The translations under genes and the position numbers were made by a program. 64,000 nucleotides of DNA, taken from contig CAWGHO010000002.1 in assembly GCA_963822445.1 (NCBI GenBank), positions 1,216,001 through 1,280,000 of the forward strand. The letters are read 5' to 3'. The stretch is from an uncultured Acidobacteriota bacterium (GTDB lineage Bacteria > Acidobacteriota > Thermoanaerobaculia > Gp7-AA8). Positions 47,451 to 57,276 of the stretch are shown here, in pieces (position 1 is the first letter of the stretch; each line of letters opens with the position of its first letter). The notes below the pieces were generated by a model that was given only the letters and a program-made list of their open reading frames with translations, had not been told where the DNA came from and ran no database searches.

Positions 47451-48841
47451 ACGACAACCTCGAAGTGATCATCCTGGCCGCGGGCCTCGGCACGCGCATG
47501 AAGTCAGCGACCATCAAGATCCTTCATCGCGCCGCCGGCCGGCCGATCATCGATTACGTCCTCGATCTCGCCGGCGATCTGAGCGCGGTTCCGCCGGTGA
47601 TGGTGATCGGCCATCAGCGCGAGGCCGTCCAAGGCGTGGTCGGCGATCGCGCGCGTTTCGCGGTTCAGGAAGAGCAACTCGGAACGGGACACGCGGTGTT
47701 ACAGGCCGCTTCGGTACTCGAAGCATCAGGGATCGCAGGAAAACGCATTCTCATTCTGTCCGGCGATGTCCCGCTGACGCGACCGGAGACACTGCGCCGC
47801 CTTCTCGACGAGCACGAGAGCGGCGGCAACGCGCTGACGCTTCTGACCATGCGCCTTTCCGAGCCGGCGATGTATGGGCGCATCATTCGCGACGCGAACG
47901 GCACCGTGCTGCGCATCGTCGAGGCGAAAGACGCGAATGACGACGAGAAACGAATCGACGAAGTGAACGCCGGCATTTACGTCTTCAACGGCGAGCACCT
48001 CTTCGACAACCTCCGAAACCTCGGCAATCAGAACGCGCAGGGCGAGTACTACCTCACCGATCTTCTGGCTGTTCTGCGCGAGGGCGGTCATCGCGTCGGC
48101 GCTGTGATCGCGGACGATCCCGTCGAAGCGCTGGGCGTGAACTCGCGAGCAGATCTCGCCGAAGTCGACAACGAGATTCAGCGGCGCGTCGTGCAGAAAC
48201 TGATGCGCGAGGGAGTCACGTTTCGCAATCCCTCGACCGTGGTCATCGACTCGACGGTGAAGATCGCCGCGGACACGGTGGTCTATCCGTTCGTCACGCT
48301 CGAAGGAGCGACGGAGATCGGCAAGGACTGCGTGATCGAGCCCGGCTCGCATCTCGTGAACGTTCGCATCGGCAACGGTGTACATGTGAAGACGGGCACC
48401 GTGGCCGAGGACGCGATCATCGAAGACGAGGCGAGCGTCGGACCGTATGCGCACCTGCGGCCGGGGACGCAGCTCGGGCGGAAAGTGAAGGTCGGCAATT
48501 TCGTCGAGACGAAGAAAGCGGTGTTCGGCGCGGGTGCGAAGGCATCGCATCTGTCGTACATCGGCGACGCTGAAGTCGGCGCGGACGTGAACATCGGCGC
48601 GGGCACGATCACCTGCAACTACGACGGCAAGAAGAAGTACAAGACCGTGCTCGAGGACGGCGTGTTCATCGGATCGGACACGCAGCTCGTGGCGCCGGTG
48701 CGCGTGGGCAAAGGCGCGTATGTCGGTGCGGGGTCGACGATCACCAAGGATGTGCCGGCGGGATCGCTCGCGCTGAGCAGAACGCCGCAGCGGGTGGTGG
48801 AGGGCTGGGTGGCGCGGAAGAACGAGAAGGACAAGAAGTAA
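47447..48841 (+). CDS. glmU: Bifunctional UDP-GlcNAc pyrophosphorylase / glucosamine-1-phosphate acetyltransferase
   Basis: ILAAGLGTRMKS, QLGTGHAV, GNFVETK, HLSYIGDA, GAGTITCNYDG hexapeptide domain. Confidence 0.97.
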   Translation: MNDNLEVIILAAGLGTRMKSATIKILHRAAGRPIIDYVLDLAGDLSAVPPVMVIGHQREAVQGVVGDRARFAVQEEQLGTGHAVLQAASVLEASGIAGKRILILSGDVPLTRPETLRRLLDEHESGGNALTLLTMRLSEPAMYGRIIRDANGTVLRIVEAKDANDDEKRIDEVNAGIYVFNGEHLFDNLRNLGNQNAQGEYYLTDLLAVLREGGHRVGAVIADDPVEALGVNSRADLAEVDNEIQRRVVQKLMREGVTFRNPSTVVIDSTVKIAADTVVYPFVTLEGATEIGKDCVIEPGSHLVNVRIGNGVHVKTGTVAEDAIIEDEASVGPYAHLRPGTQLGRKVKVGNFVETKKAVFGAGAKASHLSYIGDAEVGADVNIGAGTITCNYDGKKKYKTVLEDGVFIGSDTQLVAPVRVGKGAYVGAGSTITKDVPAGSLALSRTPQRVVEGWVARKNEKDKK

Positions 48842-48848
48842 AACGCGC

Positions 48849-50156
48849 CTACCGGCGCTCGAGCTCCACGGTCATCTTCCCGAAGTCGATCACCACGTTG
48901 AAGTTCTTGAGGAAGTTCTGGCCGATGATGCCGACGGCGTACTCCTTGTCGGCGGACGAATACATCGGCAACGTCTTGAACTTCCCGCCCCAGCGGGCGA
49001 TGCCCACTTCGATGTTCTCGATCTTCGCGCCGCGCTTCATCGTGCCGCCGAGACCCTGCAGCATGGCGTTGTGCGCACCGTAGTCGGGTTGAATCGGCAG
49101 CATGCGCAGCCGCGCTTCGTTGAGGAAGGTGATCTCCGATCCGGTGTCGAGCACGAACAGATACCAGGCCTTGCGATTCACGGCACCGTGCACGTACGGG
49201 CGGAAGTTGTAGAAGAACATGTTCTGGTCGGCGACGGGCTGGCGATCGGCTGCAGCGAGCACCTTGAAGGTCGCGCGATGTCTGTCGAAGTTGAGCTCGA
49301 GACGGAACTCCTTGAGCAGGTTCGAGCCGAGGAGGAAGTCCATGTGGAACTCGCGGCCGTCGCGCTTGCTGATCAGGAAGCGCATTTTCTCGTCGGGCAT
49401 GATCGCCACCGGCACGTTGGCGATGTGGATGCCGCCGATCTGCACCGTGTCCAGCATGCCGAAGCGGACCGGAATGGGCTCGCCCAGCAGGCCGAGAAAC
49501 GTCCCCTCGAATTTTCCGAGCGAACGGACGCGCAGCGATGAGGCGAGGCGCTCGGAGAGGATCGAAAGAACCGCGCCGGAATCGATGATCGCGTCGACGT
49601 CGTGCACGCCATTGAGCTTCACGCCGACGCGGGGAACGTCGGGGCGGCCGAAACGGAACGGAACGCGCGCGGACGTCTCTCCGCTGAATTCGTACGCGCG
49701 CGTCTGCTGCAGCGCTTCGAGGTAATTGAGATGCCAGGGGCGGATGACCAGGTCGTGCTCCCGCGCGATCTTCGCCCAGTCGAAGGCCGCTTCGAAGTTG
49801 TTGGCCATGTACTCGACCTGCGAAAGGTCCCAGGCGATCTGCGCGTACGCCGCCCGTGACCTTTCGATGTCGAGGGCCGCGCGCAGCCTCGTCCGCGCGT
49901 CGTCGAAACGCCCGGCGGCGAGATACGCTGCGCCGAGGGCGGCCAGATCGGTGGCGCTCTTGCGTTCGCGGCTGTCGACCGTCGCGGCCATTTCCATCGC
50001 CCGCAGGAAGTCGGCCTTGCGGACCATCGACGGGAGGTCGGTACCCCGATCGACGTTTGAGGGAAGGATCCGAAGCGGCGTGACGTCGACGTCGCTGTAC
50101 AGCGTGCACCCGGTCAGCGCCAGAAGCGCCGCCGCAACAGCGATCGTTTTGAGCAT
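48849..50156 (-). CDS. TPR plus double retropepsin-like aspartyl protease lipoprotein
   Basis: ALTGC lipobox; TPR-like helices; IIDSGA and VLDTGS; FLLGSNLL and GIIGQNFL. Confidence 0.85.
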   Translation of the reverse strand: MLKTIAVAAALLALTGCTLYSDVDVTPLRILPSNVDRGTDLPSMVRKADFLRAMEMAATVDSRERKSATDLAALGAAYLAAGRFDDARTRLRAALDIERSRAAYAQIAWDLSQVEYMANNFEAAFDWAKIAREHDLVIRPWHLNYLEALQQTRAYEFSGETSARVPFRFGRPDVPRVGVKLNGVHDVDAIIDSGAVLSILSERLASSLRVRSLGKFEGTFLGLLGEPIPVRFGMLDTVQIGGIHIANVPVAIMPDEKMRFLISKRDGREFHMDFLLGSNLLKEFRLELNFDRHRATFKVLAAADRQPVADQNMFFYNFRPYVHGAVNRKAWYLFVLDTGSEITFLNEARLRMLPIQPDYGAHNAMLQGLGGTMKRGAKIENIEVGIARWGGKFKTLPMYSSADKEYAVGIIGQNFLKNFNVVIDFGKMTVELERR

Positions 50157-50192
50157 GACTGTCGCGGATTCTATGGGCGCCCCGAAGGGCCG

Positions 50193-50277
50193 GAAGTCGC
50201 AAAGTCGCAAAGTCTCAGAGTCTCAAAGGTGTCGAACGGCACTGCTTTGAGACTTTGAGACTCTGCGACTCTGAGAC
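50193..50277. repeat. Two inverted arrays of octamer tandem repeats
   Basis: gaagtcgc aaagtcgc aaagtctc agagtctc aaag, a 16-bp spacer, then ctttgaga ctttgaga ctctgcga ctctgaga c. Confidence 0.85.
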
Positions 50278-53200
50278 CTCCCAACCATGATCCCCAGCTC
50301 GCGAATCTGGTACGAGAGGGCCTGGCGGGAGATCTTCAGCATGGCCGCGGCGCGGTTCTGGTTGCCGTTCACCTGCACCAGCGAGCGCTCGATGAGGTCG
50401 CGGCGGAAGCGGACGACCGCGTCCTGATACGACCCGGCGGTGGTCCGTGCGGGACTGACGTTGCGGAGCCGTTCCGGCAAGTGCTCCAGGTCGATTTCCT
50501 TCGACTCGCCGGCCATGGCGTGCGCGGCGCGGATCGTGTTCTGCAGCTCGCGGACGTTCCCTGGCCAGTTGTACGCACTGAAGATGGCCTCGACGTCGTG
50601 GGAGAGTTTCGCGGGACCGGAGCGGTGGCGGTCGCGCTCCGCGATCAGGAAGTGATTCGCAAGCAGCGCGATGTCGCCCGCTCGCTCGCGCAGCGCCGGC
50701 AGCAGGACTTCGACGCCGCGAATCCGGTAGTAGAGATCTTCGCGGAAGCGTCCTTCCTCGACGGCCGTCTCGAGCTTGCGATTGGTGGCGCTGACGATAC
50801 GCACGTCCGCGGAGCGGTTGACGGTGTCGCCGACGCGGCGGAACTCGCCCTCCTGCAGAAAGCGCAGAAGTTTCGCTTGCGCCCCGAGTGGCATCTCGCC
50901 GATCTCGTCGAGGAAGAGCGTGCCGCCGTCGGTGGTCTCGATCAGGCCGGCGCGATCGCGATCCGCACCGGTGAATGCGCCGCGAACGTGTCCGAACAGC
51001 TCACTTTCGATGAGTGTTTCGGGCAGCGCCGCACAGTTGAGTGGCGTGAAGATTTTCTGGCGGCGCGGCGACTGGCGATGAATGGCGCGGGCCACGAGCT
51101 CTTTGCCGGTGCCCGATTCGCCGAGGATGCAGACCGGGACGTCGCGGCGGGCTATGCGGGGGATGAGCGCGTAGGTCTCGCACATGGCCGGCGACTCGCC
51201 GACGATCCCTTCGACCATACCCGGCTTCGACGAATGGACCTGTTCCTCCTGCTCGACGATCCGCTTGAGGCGTTGATTCTCGGCGCGCAAGCGGAAGACG
51301 GCGGCGATGGCCTCGCGCCCTTCCGTGCTCCAGCGCGAAGAGCCTTCGAAGAACAGCAGCTCCCGCTCGCTACAGGCGATGGCGTCGGGATTCTCCGCTT
51401 CGATCGGTCGTGGACCGATCGAGTGCCAGTGGCCGAGGCGGTTGCGGGTGGCGAAGGACCAGGCCAGGTCGAAGTCCGTGTCGGCGTAAGGAAAGTCGCG
51501 AATGGCGGCAGTGCGCAGGACGCGCTGCTCGACGTCGGCCGGCGCGGGCGCGGCGTCGAAGACGAGATCGAATTTCGCCGCGAGCTCGCGGGCCGTGGCG
51601 TGGTCGCCTGTCGCGATCGCGGTGCGGAATGCGAAGAGTTGGTCTGGGATGGAGTGCGGCGGCTCTGCCGCCGCTTTTGAGGCCAACCGCTGATGCCTCC
51701 TCGTCAGCTCGACGTTTCCCGATTTCCCCGTCGACCGCAGCTTCGTCTTCTTCCCCTCCACGCGATCGGTCTCATCGAGGATCAGCGCGGCCGCCTCCTT
51801 GATCTGTCCTCCGGCAGACTCAAGAACTACCGAGGCCGCGCGGCGGGCGTCGGCGAAGCGTCCGCGAGAGAAATCGAGATGGGCGGAGAGCAGCTGCAAC
51901 TCGCCAAGGCGAAGGCCGTCGCCGGTGCCGGCGTAGTAATGCTTCAGACGGGCGATGCGGTGCGCGGCCTGCGCCCACTGCGCCTGATCGGCCGACAGGT
52001 AAGCGAGCGTGAAGAGGATGCCGCCGGCGGCGCGATCGCCTTGTGTTTCTTCCACCTCCTGGAGGGCCTGCACGCCGCACAGTCTGGCTTCGTCCCAATC
52101 GCCGGCGGTGAAGGCTGCGAAGACGCCGTCGAGTGATGCATCGATCCGTTCGGCGGTACAACGCGCGCGGTCGTGCGCTTCGCGGGCATGTCTCGATGCG
52201 GCCGCGTAATCGCCGCGATCGAGTGCAACGTAGGTCGCGAAGCGCGAGGCGAGGTAGTGCGGCTGCATCCAGGACTCGTCGACCTTGCCGTGCGCGTCGA
52301 AGGCGAGAATGGCCCGCTCGTAGGCGACGGTGAGGTCGTCGCCGCACGCATCGAGCACGCGCGCGGCCTCGTCGTAACGCTGAAGCACGCGCAGGATCTC
52401 CGCGTGCAGCACGTGCGGCTCGTTCATCCGCTCGAGGCGCGCCAGCGCCGTGGCGTAGTCGCCGGTGCGGCGCTCGGCGCGGGCCAGCACGAGCTCGTCG
52501 CTCGAGACGTCGCGCGCGTCGCGGTACCGGCCGCAGTCGATGAGGGCGTGCGCGTAGCGGAGCGTCAACGCCGGCGAGAGCGCCGGCACGCGACGCAATG
52601 CGGCCACCGTTTCTTCCGCGGTCGCCCATTCGGTCTTCTCGAGCACCGCCTCCGCGTGCTTCGACGCGAGTGTCGCGATCGCCGCGCGCGAGCCTTCGGG
52701 AATCAGACGCGCGGCTTCATCGCGAACGGCATCGCTGGCGAACGTGAAGTGGCGGTCATCGAGCGTCGTCACCGATTCGAAGACGAGGTCGTCGAGCGGT
52801 GCCGTGTAGTGAAACTCGCCGAGGAACTCCGTGGCCAGCTCGCGCGGAATGCGCGTTCCGAGATGCGCGAGCGCGCCGATGTACGAACGCGCCGGCTCGA
52901 GAAGCGTAGGCAACAGCGCGGGCGGCGGCGGAACGTCGCCGTGCTTCAGATACGCGCGGAATGACGGCGACTCGACGAACTGCTCGAGCCACGCGCGTGA
53001 CGCGATGCGCGACTCCAGCTCCCGCCGCGCGGCAAGCCGCGGTGCAACAAGGAACGGACGCCAATCCGGCAATGGATCGCCATCGTGCGGAAACAGCCAT
53101 GCGCCATGCCGCGCGCCGGCGACGATCTCCACCACCTGCCGCGATCCCTCGTCGAATGCGTCCCAGTCCGCCACGGCGAAGATCCCCGGCGGCATGGCCA

Positions 53201-53849
53201 GGATCCGTTCGGCCGCGGCGGTGACGCTCAGTTTCGGATCGGCGCCGATCGCGGAATAGCGCGCCAGCGGCGACACGCCGCGGAACACCGTCACGTTCGC
53301 GAATCGCTGCACCGCTTCGAGGTCCGCACAGGCGAACCGTCCATGCTCGACGGTGAGCATGTGCAGGCCTTCCGGCGCCGGCGCCGCAATCTCGCCGCAA
53401 GCCGCGGCGCGGGTCCAACGCAAATCGGCAACCGCACCATCGACCAGCCGCTCGAACGCCTCGGCATACACCGCATCCGCGCGAGCCCAGGAATGCTTCA
53501 GGATCGCCAGCTCCGCGCCGATGACCTCCGCGAACTGTTGCGCGAGCGTCAGTGCCGGAGGCGCGACCGCCGGATCCGCGGCGCGTGCGCCAACGCGAAT
53601 CAGCCGCACGTCGCAACCGCGCTTCGACACGACCATCCACTCGGCCGGATCGAGCTCTCCGTCCGCGACACCGGCGAAATGCAGCAGTGCCTGATGCGCC
53701 GCGAACTGCGCGAGCAGCGAGATCTGATCGCGGCTGCCGAGTCCGCGGGCCAGCGGCGCGGCGGCGAAGGACTCGTTCCAGGGGAGCGTGGAGTGGCGGA
53801 TGGTCGCGATGAGCGCGCGATCCCAGTCGAAGGCCGTGGACGACACCAT
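50223..53849 (-). CDS. Large sigma54-dependent transcriptional activator with TPR-like N-terminal region (~1200 aa)
   Basis: [45 protein letters not shown], Fis-type HTH. Start 53849 or 53882; the upstream part of the listed ORF overlaps suhB antisense. Confidence 0.9.
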   Translation of the reverse strand: MVSSTAFDWDRALIATIRHSTLPWNESFAAAPLARGLGSRDQISLLAQFAAHQALLHFAGVADGELDPAEWMVVSKRGCDVRLIRVGARAADPAVAPPALTLAQQFAEVIGAELAILKHSWARADAVYAEAFERLVDGAVADLRWTRAAACGEIAAPAPEGLHMLTVEHGRFACADLEAVQRFANVTVFRGVSPLARYSAIGADPKLSVTAAAERILAMPPGIFAVADWDAFDEGSRQVVEIVAGARHGAWLFPHDGDPLPDWRPFLVAPRLAARRELESRIASRAWLEQFVESPSFRAYLKHGDVPPPPALLPTLLEPARSYIGALAHLGTRIPRELATEFLGEFHYTAPLDDLVFESVTTLDDRHFTFASDAVRDEAARLIPEGSRAAIATLASKHAEAVLEKTEWATAEETVAALRRVPALSPALTLRYAHALIDCGRYRDARDVSSDELVLARAERRTGDYATALARLERMNEPHVLHAEILRVLQRYDEAARVLDACGDDLTVAYERAILAFDAHGKVDESWMQPHYLASRFATYVALDRGDYAAASRHAREAHDRARCTAERIDASLDGVFAAFTAGDWDEARLCGVQALQEVEETQGDRAAGGILFTLAYLSADQAQWAQAAHRIARLKHYYAGTGDGLRLGELQLLSAHLDFSRGRFADARRAASVVLESAGGQIKEAAALILDETDRVEGKKTKLRSTGKSGNVELTRRHQRLASKAAAEPPHSIPDQLFAFRTAIATGDHATARELAAKFDLVFDAAPAPADVEQRVLRTAAIRDFPYADTDFDLAWSFATRNRLGHWHSIGPRPIEAENPDAIACSERELLFFEGSSRWSTEGREAIAAVFRLRAENQRLKRIVEQEEQVHSSKPGMVEGIVGESPAMCETYALIPRIARRDVPVCILGESGTGKELVARAIHRQSPRRQKIFTPLNCAALPETLIESELFGHVRGAFTGADRDRAGLIETTDGGTLFLDEIGEMPLGAQAKLLRFLQEGEFRRVGDTVNRSADVRIVSATNRKLETAVEEGRFREDLYYRIRGVEVLLPALRERAGDIALLANHFLIAERDRHRSGPAKLSHDVEAIFSAYNWPGNVRELQNTIRAAHAMAGESKEIDLEHLPERLRNVSPARTTAGSYQDAVVRFRRDLIERSLVQVNGNQNRAAAMLKISRQALSYQIRELGIMVGRSQSRRVSKSQSSAVRHL
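51650..51678. repeat. GGAG-type REP-like palindrome in-frame in the activator gene
   Basis: tGGAGtgcggcggc-tct-gccgccgctttt, translated as KAAAEPPHS. Confidence 0.65.
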
Positions 53850-53987
53850 CGTCGTCTCACGACCCGGCCGGCTGCGCCGCATAGTCATAACGAGGGAGGA
53901 AAAGAGTAACGGAAAGGCGTCTTTGGTGGCAACCGTTCGTGCACGGAGAGATCCCCGCGTCTTCGCGCGGGGATAGACTGAAATCGC

Positions 53988-54818
53988 ATGCACGACCTGG
54001 AAATCGCCACCGAAGCCGCCCGCCGCGGCGCGGCCATCCTCCTTCGCTACTGGGAACAGCTCGGGAAGGACGACGCCGACCTGAAGGCGCGCAACGACTG
54101 GGTCTCGACCGCCGATCGCGAGAGCGAGGCGGCAATCGTCGAAGCCATCCGCCAGCACAAACCAGCCGACGCATTCCTCGGCGAGGAAAGCGGCATGAGC
54201 ACCGACGGATCGAGCGCCGATCGCATCTGGATCATCGACCCGCTCGACGGCACGTCGAACTACCTGCAGCACTTCCCGTTCTGGTCGGTCTCCATCGCTC
54301 TGCGCGAAAAAGGGGAGATGGTCTGCGGCCTGATTTACGAGCCGTTGCGCGATCTCTTCTTCACCGCCGAGCGCGGGTCCGGCGCGTTTCGCGACGGGCA
54401 GCGCATGCGCGTCTCGACACAGGACCGCGTCGAAGGCTCCTTCCTCGCGACCGGCTTTCCGTTCCGCGCGCAGGAGTACGTCGCGCCGTACGTGGGGATC
54501 TTCACCGACGTGATCCGCACGTCGAAAGGCGTCCGCCGCGCGGGCTCGGCGGCGCTCGATCTCGCCTACACGGCCGCGGGTATCTTCGACGGTTTCTTCG
54601 AGATGCACCTCGCCGCGTGGGACGTGGCCGCGGGCTCACTGCTCGTCACGGAAGCGGGCGGCGTGGTCACCGATTTCTCCGGCGGACAGCGCTGGCTCGA
54701 CCGCGGCAACATCGTCGGCGCCTCTCCCGGCGTGCACGGGGAACTGCTGGAGATCATCGGACGACACGTCACGGAGGACGCGCTCGATCACCGCAAGGGC
54801 GCGCGGCTTTTCGCGTGA
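53988..54818 (+). CDS. suhB: Inositol monophosphatase family protein
   Basis: FLGEE, WIIDPLDGTSNY, ATGFP, RRAGSAALDL, WDVAAG. Confidence 0.93.
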   Translation: MHDLEIATEAARRGAAILLRYWEQLGKDDADLKARNDWVSTADRESEAAIVEAIRQHKPADAFLGEESGMSTDGSSADRIWIIDPLDGTSNYLQHFPFWSVSIALREKGEMVCGLIYEPLRDLFFTAERGSGAFRDGQRMRVSTQDRVEGSFLATGFPFRAQEYVAPYVGIFTDVIRTSKGVRRAGSAALDLAYTAAGIFDGFFEMHLAAWDVAAGSLLVTEAGGVVTDFSGGQRWLDRGNIVGASPGVHGELLEIIGRHVTEDALDHRKGARLFA

Positions 54819-55423
54819 AGAAGCTTCCCCGCAAGTTCTACTTCCACGACACCATCACCGTCGCCCGCGCCCTCCTCGGATGTGTGCTGTGGCGCCGTCT
54901 GGACGATGGAGAGCTGCTCGCGGCGCGCATCGTCGAATGCGAGGCGTACCTCGGCGCGAATGACATGGCCAGCCACGCCCGTCGCGGATTGCGATCGCCG
55001 CGCAACGAGTCGATGTACCTCGAGGGCGGCCACGCCTACGTCTACTTCACCTACGGAATGCACTGGTGCATGAACGTCGTGACGCAGGAGGAAGGACTCG
55101 CCGAAGCCGTGCTGCTGCGCGGCGCGGAGCCGCTGCGCGGAATCGAGTCGATGCGCGAGCGGCGTCCGAAAGCGAAACGCGACTTCGAGCTGATGAACGG
55201 CCCGGGCAAGATCTGTCAGGCCCTCGACATCGACAAGCGGCTCGACGGCGAGAGCTTGTCCGGCGACACGCTCTGGCTCACCGGCCGCGACGTCAAAGTC
55301 AGCAATGCGGACATCGCCGTCAGTCCGCGCATCGGTGTCGACAACGCGGGCGAGGCCGCGAGCTGGCCGCTCCGCTTTTTCCTGCGCGGCAACCGCAACG
55401 TGTCCGCGTACAGAAATGTCTGA
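54815..55423 (+). CDS. mpg: DNA-3-methyladenine glycosylase (AAG/Mpg family)
   Basis: RIVECEAY, AYVYFTYGMHWCMNVV, AVLLRG, NGPGKICQAL, PRIGV; GTGA overlap. Confidence 0.93.
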   Translation: MKKLPRKFYFHDTITVARALLGCVLWRRLDDGELLAARIVECEAYLGANDMASHARRGLRSPRNESMYLEGGHAYVYFTYGMHWCMNVVTQEEGLAEAVLLRGAEPLRGIESMRERRPKAKRDFELMNGPGKICQALDIDKRLDGESLSGDTLWLTGRDVKVSNADIAVSPRIGVDNAGEAASWPLRFFLRGNRNVSAYRNV

Positions 55424-56006
55424 TCACTTCCGCACGCTCGCCGAGCGGGTCGAGTTCCGCCACAAGATCGAGCGCTCCGAGTTCCTCGGCATCGCCATTC
55501 CGATCACCACCGACGAAGAGTTCTTCGCCGAGCTCACGAGCGCGCAGAAACGCCATTTCGACGCAACCCATCACTGCTGGGCTTTTCGCTTGTTTGCGGA
55601 GTCGCGGTCGCGAAGCTCCGACGCGGGTGAGCCATCCGGCACGGCGGGCAAACCGATCCTCGCCGCGATCGAGGGCGCACAGTTTCACGACATCGGCGTG
55701 ATCGTCGTGCGCTGGTACGGCGGCGTGAAGCTCGGCACCGGCGGGCTGTCGCGCGCGTATCGCGACACCGCCGCAGAGACGCTGAAGATGGCGAAGCCGC
55801 TCGATCGTTACGTGTACACGCGCTTTCGCGTGCTGGTTCCGTTCGAAGCGCTCAATCAGGTCTATCGACTGATCGATCCGCCGAACGTGTTGCTGGCCGA
55901 GGAGCGGTTCGGCGAGCAGAACGAGTTCCTGTTCGACGTGCGCATGTCGGCGGCGGAGTTGTTCGCGGCGCGGCTGCGCGAGCTCAGGCTCGCTACTCTT
56001 CCGTGA
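55416..56006 (+). CDS. yigZ: YigZ/IMPACT family protein
   Basis: KIERSEF, ATHHCWA, SDAGEPSGTAG, RWYGGVKLGTGGL. Confidence 0.92.
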   Translation: MSDHFRTLAERVEFRHKIERSEFLGIAIPITTDEEFFAELTSAQKRHFDATHHCWAFRLFAESRSRSSDAGEPSGTAGKPILAAIEGAQFHDIGVIVVRWYGGVKLGTGGLSRAYRDTAAETLKMAKPLDRYVYTRFRVLVPFEALNQVYRLIDPPNVLLAEERFGEQNEFLFDVRMSAAELFAARLRELRLATLP

Positions 56007-56394
56007 CGTACGTCCGGGCGATGCGATCGCCGGTGCGCGGTTTGCCGGCCAGCACGAGGAGCACTTCCAGCAGATTCCAGACGGGCAGGATCAGCGGAAT
56101 GTTGCGAACCAGCGATCGGCCGTAGCCGCAACCGTCGCCCCGAGGGGTCACCAGACGCAGGCCGAGGAGCTGCTTGCCGATGGAACGGCCTCGAAAGCCG
56201 TCGCGAAACAGCATGGCGATCACCAGGATGCCCAAGGCGATCCACCAGACCAGCTGGATGGCCCGCGGCTGGGAAGCCCAGGTCATGCCGTAACTTACGG
56301 CCGACGCGGGCAGAACCAGGACGATGGAAATCGAAAGCGCGTCGACGAGAAAAGCCGCCACGCGCAGCAGTTTGGTCTGGGAGGTATCGCTCAT
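55993..56394 (-). CDS. RDD family membrane protein
   Basis: RVAAFLVD, GRSIGKQLLGLRLV, RTGDRIART. Confidence 0.88.
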   Translation of the reverse strand: MSDTSQTKLLRVAAFLVDALSISIVLVLPASAVSYGMTWASQPRAIQLVWWIALGILVIAMLFRDGFRGRSIGKQLLGLRLVTPRGDGCGYGRSLVRNIPLILPVWNLLEVLLVLAGKPRTGDRIARTYVTEE

Positions 56395-56419
56395 GAAACC
56401 GTACCGGTGGATTGTCGTA
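56394..56419 (+). promoter_or_regulatory. Putative ECF sigma (SigW-like) promoter
   Basis: TGAAAC-N16-CGTA, 22 bp upstream of ATG 56442. Confidence 0.6.
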
Positions 56420-56441
56420 CAACCTTTGAGCAGGTGTCGTC

Positions 56442-57260
56442 ATGAAGAACACGTTCGCAACGCTTTGTTTGCTCTCCGGGCTTCTGATCAGCTCGGCGTG
56501 CGACCACTCCCACGCGAGAGTCGCGAAGTCGAAAAACGAAAAGAGCGTCACGGTCAACCGGACGTGGCCGGCGGCCGAGATCCAGCACCTGCGCATCTTC
56601 GAGATCGACGGCAGCATCGACATCGAAGCGGCGGACACGAACGAAATCACCCTCGTCGCGGTAGCCACGGGCAGCGATCTGCAGCTCAAGGCGGAGAAGG
56701 AAAATCAGGGTCTTTTCGAGACCGCAGTCGACGGCAACACGCTCCGCATCGGCCGGAAGGAAGACAACCGCCGCAGGAAGTTCCGCATCAGAATGCTCTG
56801 GGGCGGCGATCGCCTGCGCATCGCGTACACGCTGAAAGTGCCGCGCACGATGGAGCTGGACATGACCACCGTGAACGGCAAGATCGCCACGCGCGGTATC
56901 GATGGCGAAACCGAAGCCACCACGGTGAACGGCTCCATCGACGTGGAAGTGACCGGCGCGAACGAGCTCGAAGCGGAGTCGGTGAACGGCCGGGTGAAGG
57001 CGAAGTTCCTGACCTCGTTCCAGGGCGCGAAGTTCAGCACCGTGAATGGCGGCGTGGAAGCGATCCTGCCTCAGAACGCATCGTTCAGCGTCGACCTGGC
57101 GCAGGTGAACGGCGACTTCGAGGCTTCGTTCCCGCTGAGCATCAACTCCAATCCCGGACGCCGTCGCGTGTCGGGTGAGGTGAACGGCGGGCAGCACGAG
57201 CTGAAGATCACCACCGTGAACGGCGACGTGGAATTGGCGCGGTTGGGCGAGCCAAGGTAG
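56442..57260 (+). CDS. DUF4097 beta-strand repeat lipoprotein
   Basis: SSAC lipobox-like; six (T/S/Q)VNG repeats. Confidence 0.85.
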   Translation: MKNTFATLCLLSGLLISSACDHSHARVAKSKNEKSVTVNRTWPAAEIQHLRIFEIDGSIDIEAADTNEITLVAVATGSDLQLKAEKENQGLFETAVDGNTLRIGRKEDNRRRKFRIRMLWGGDRLRIAYTLKVPRTMELDMTTVNGKIATRGIDGETEATTVNGSIDVEVTGANELEAESVNGRVKAKFLTSFQGAKFSTVNGGVEAILPQNASFSVDLAQVNGDFEASFPLSINSNPGRRRVSGEVNGGQHELKITTVNGDVELARLGEPR

Positions 57261-57276
57261 CGACTATCATCCGCGC

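Noticed and set aside
42136-50277. CRISPR array
   Set aside because: The repeats are 7-8-bp tandem units or dispersed palindromes without unique spacers; no cas genes are present.
53850-54608. N-terminal 250 aa of the 1461-aa activator ORF
   Set aside because: Mostly overlaps suhB on the opposite strand; treated as a shadow extension.
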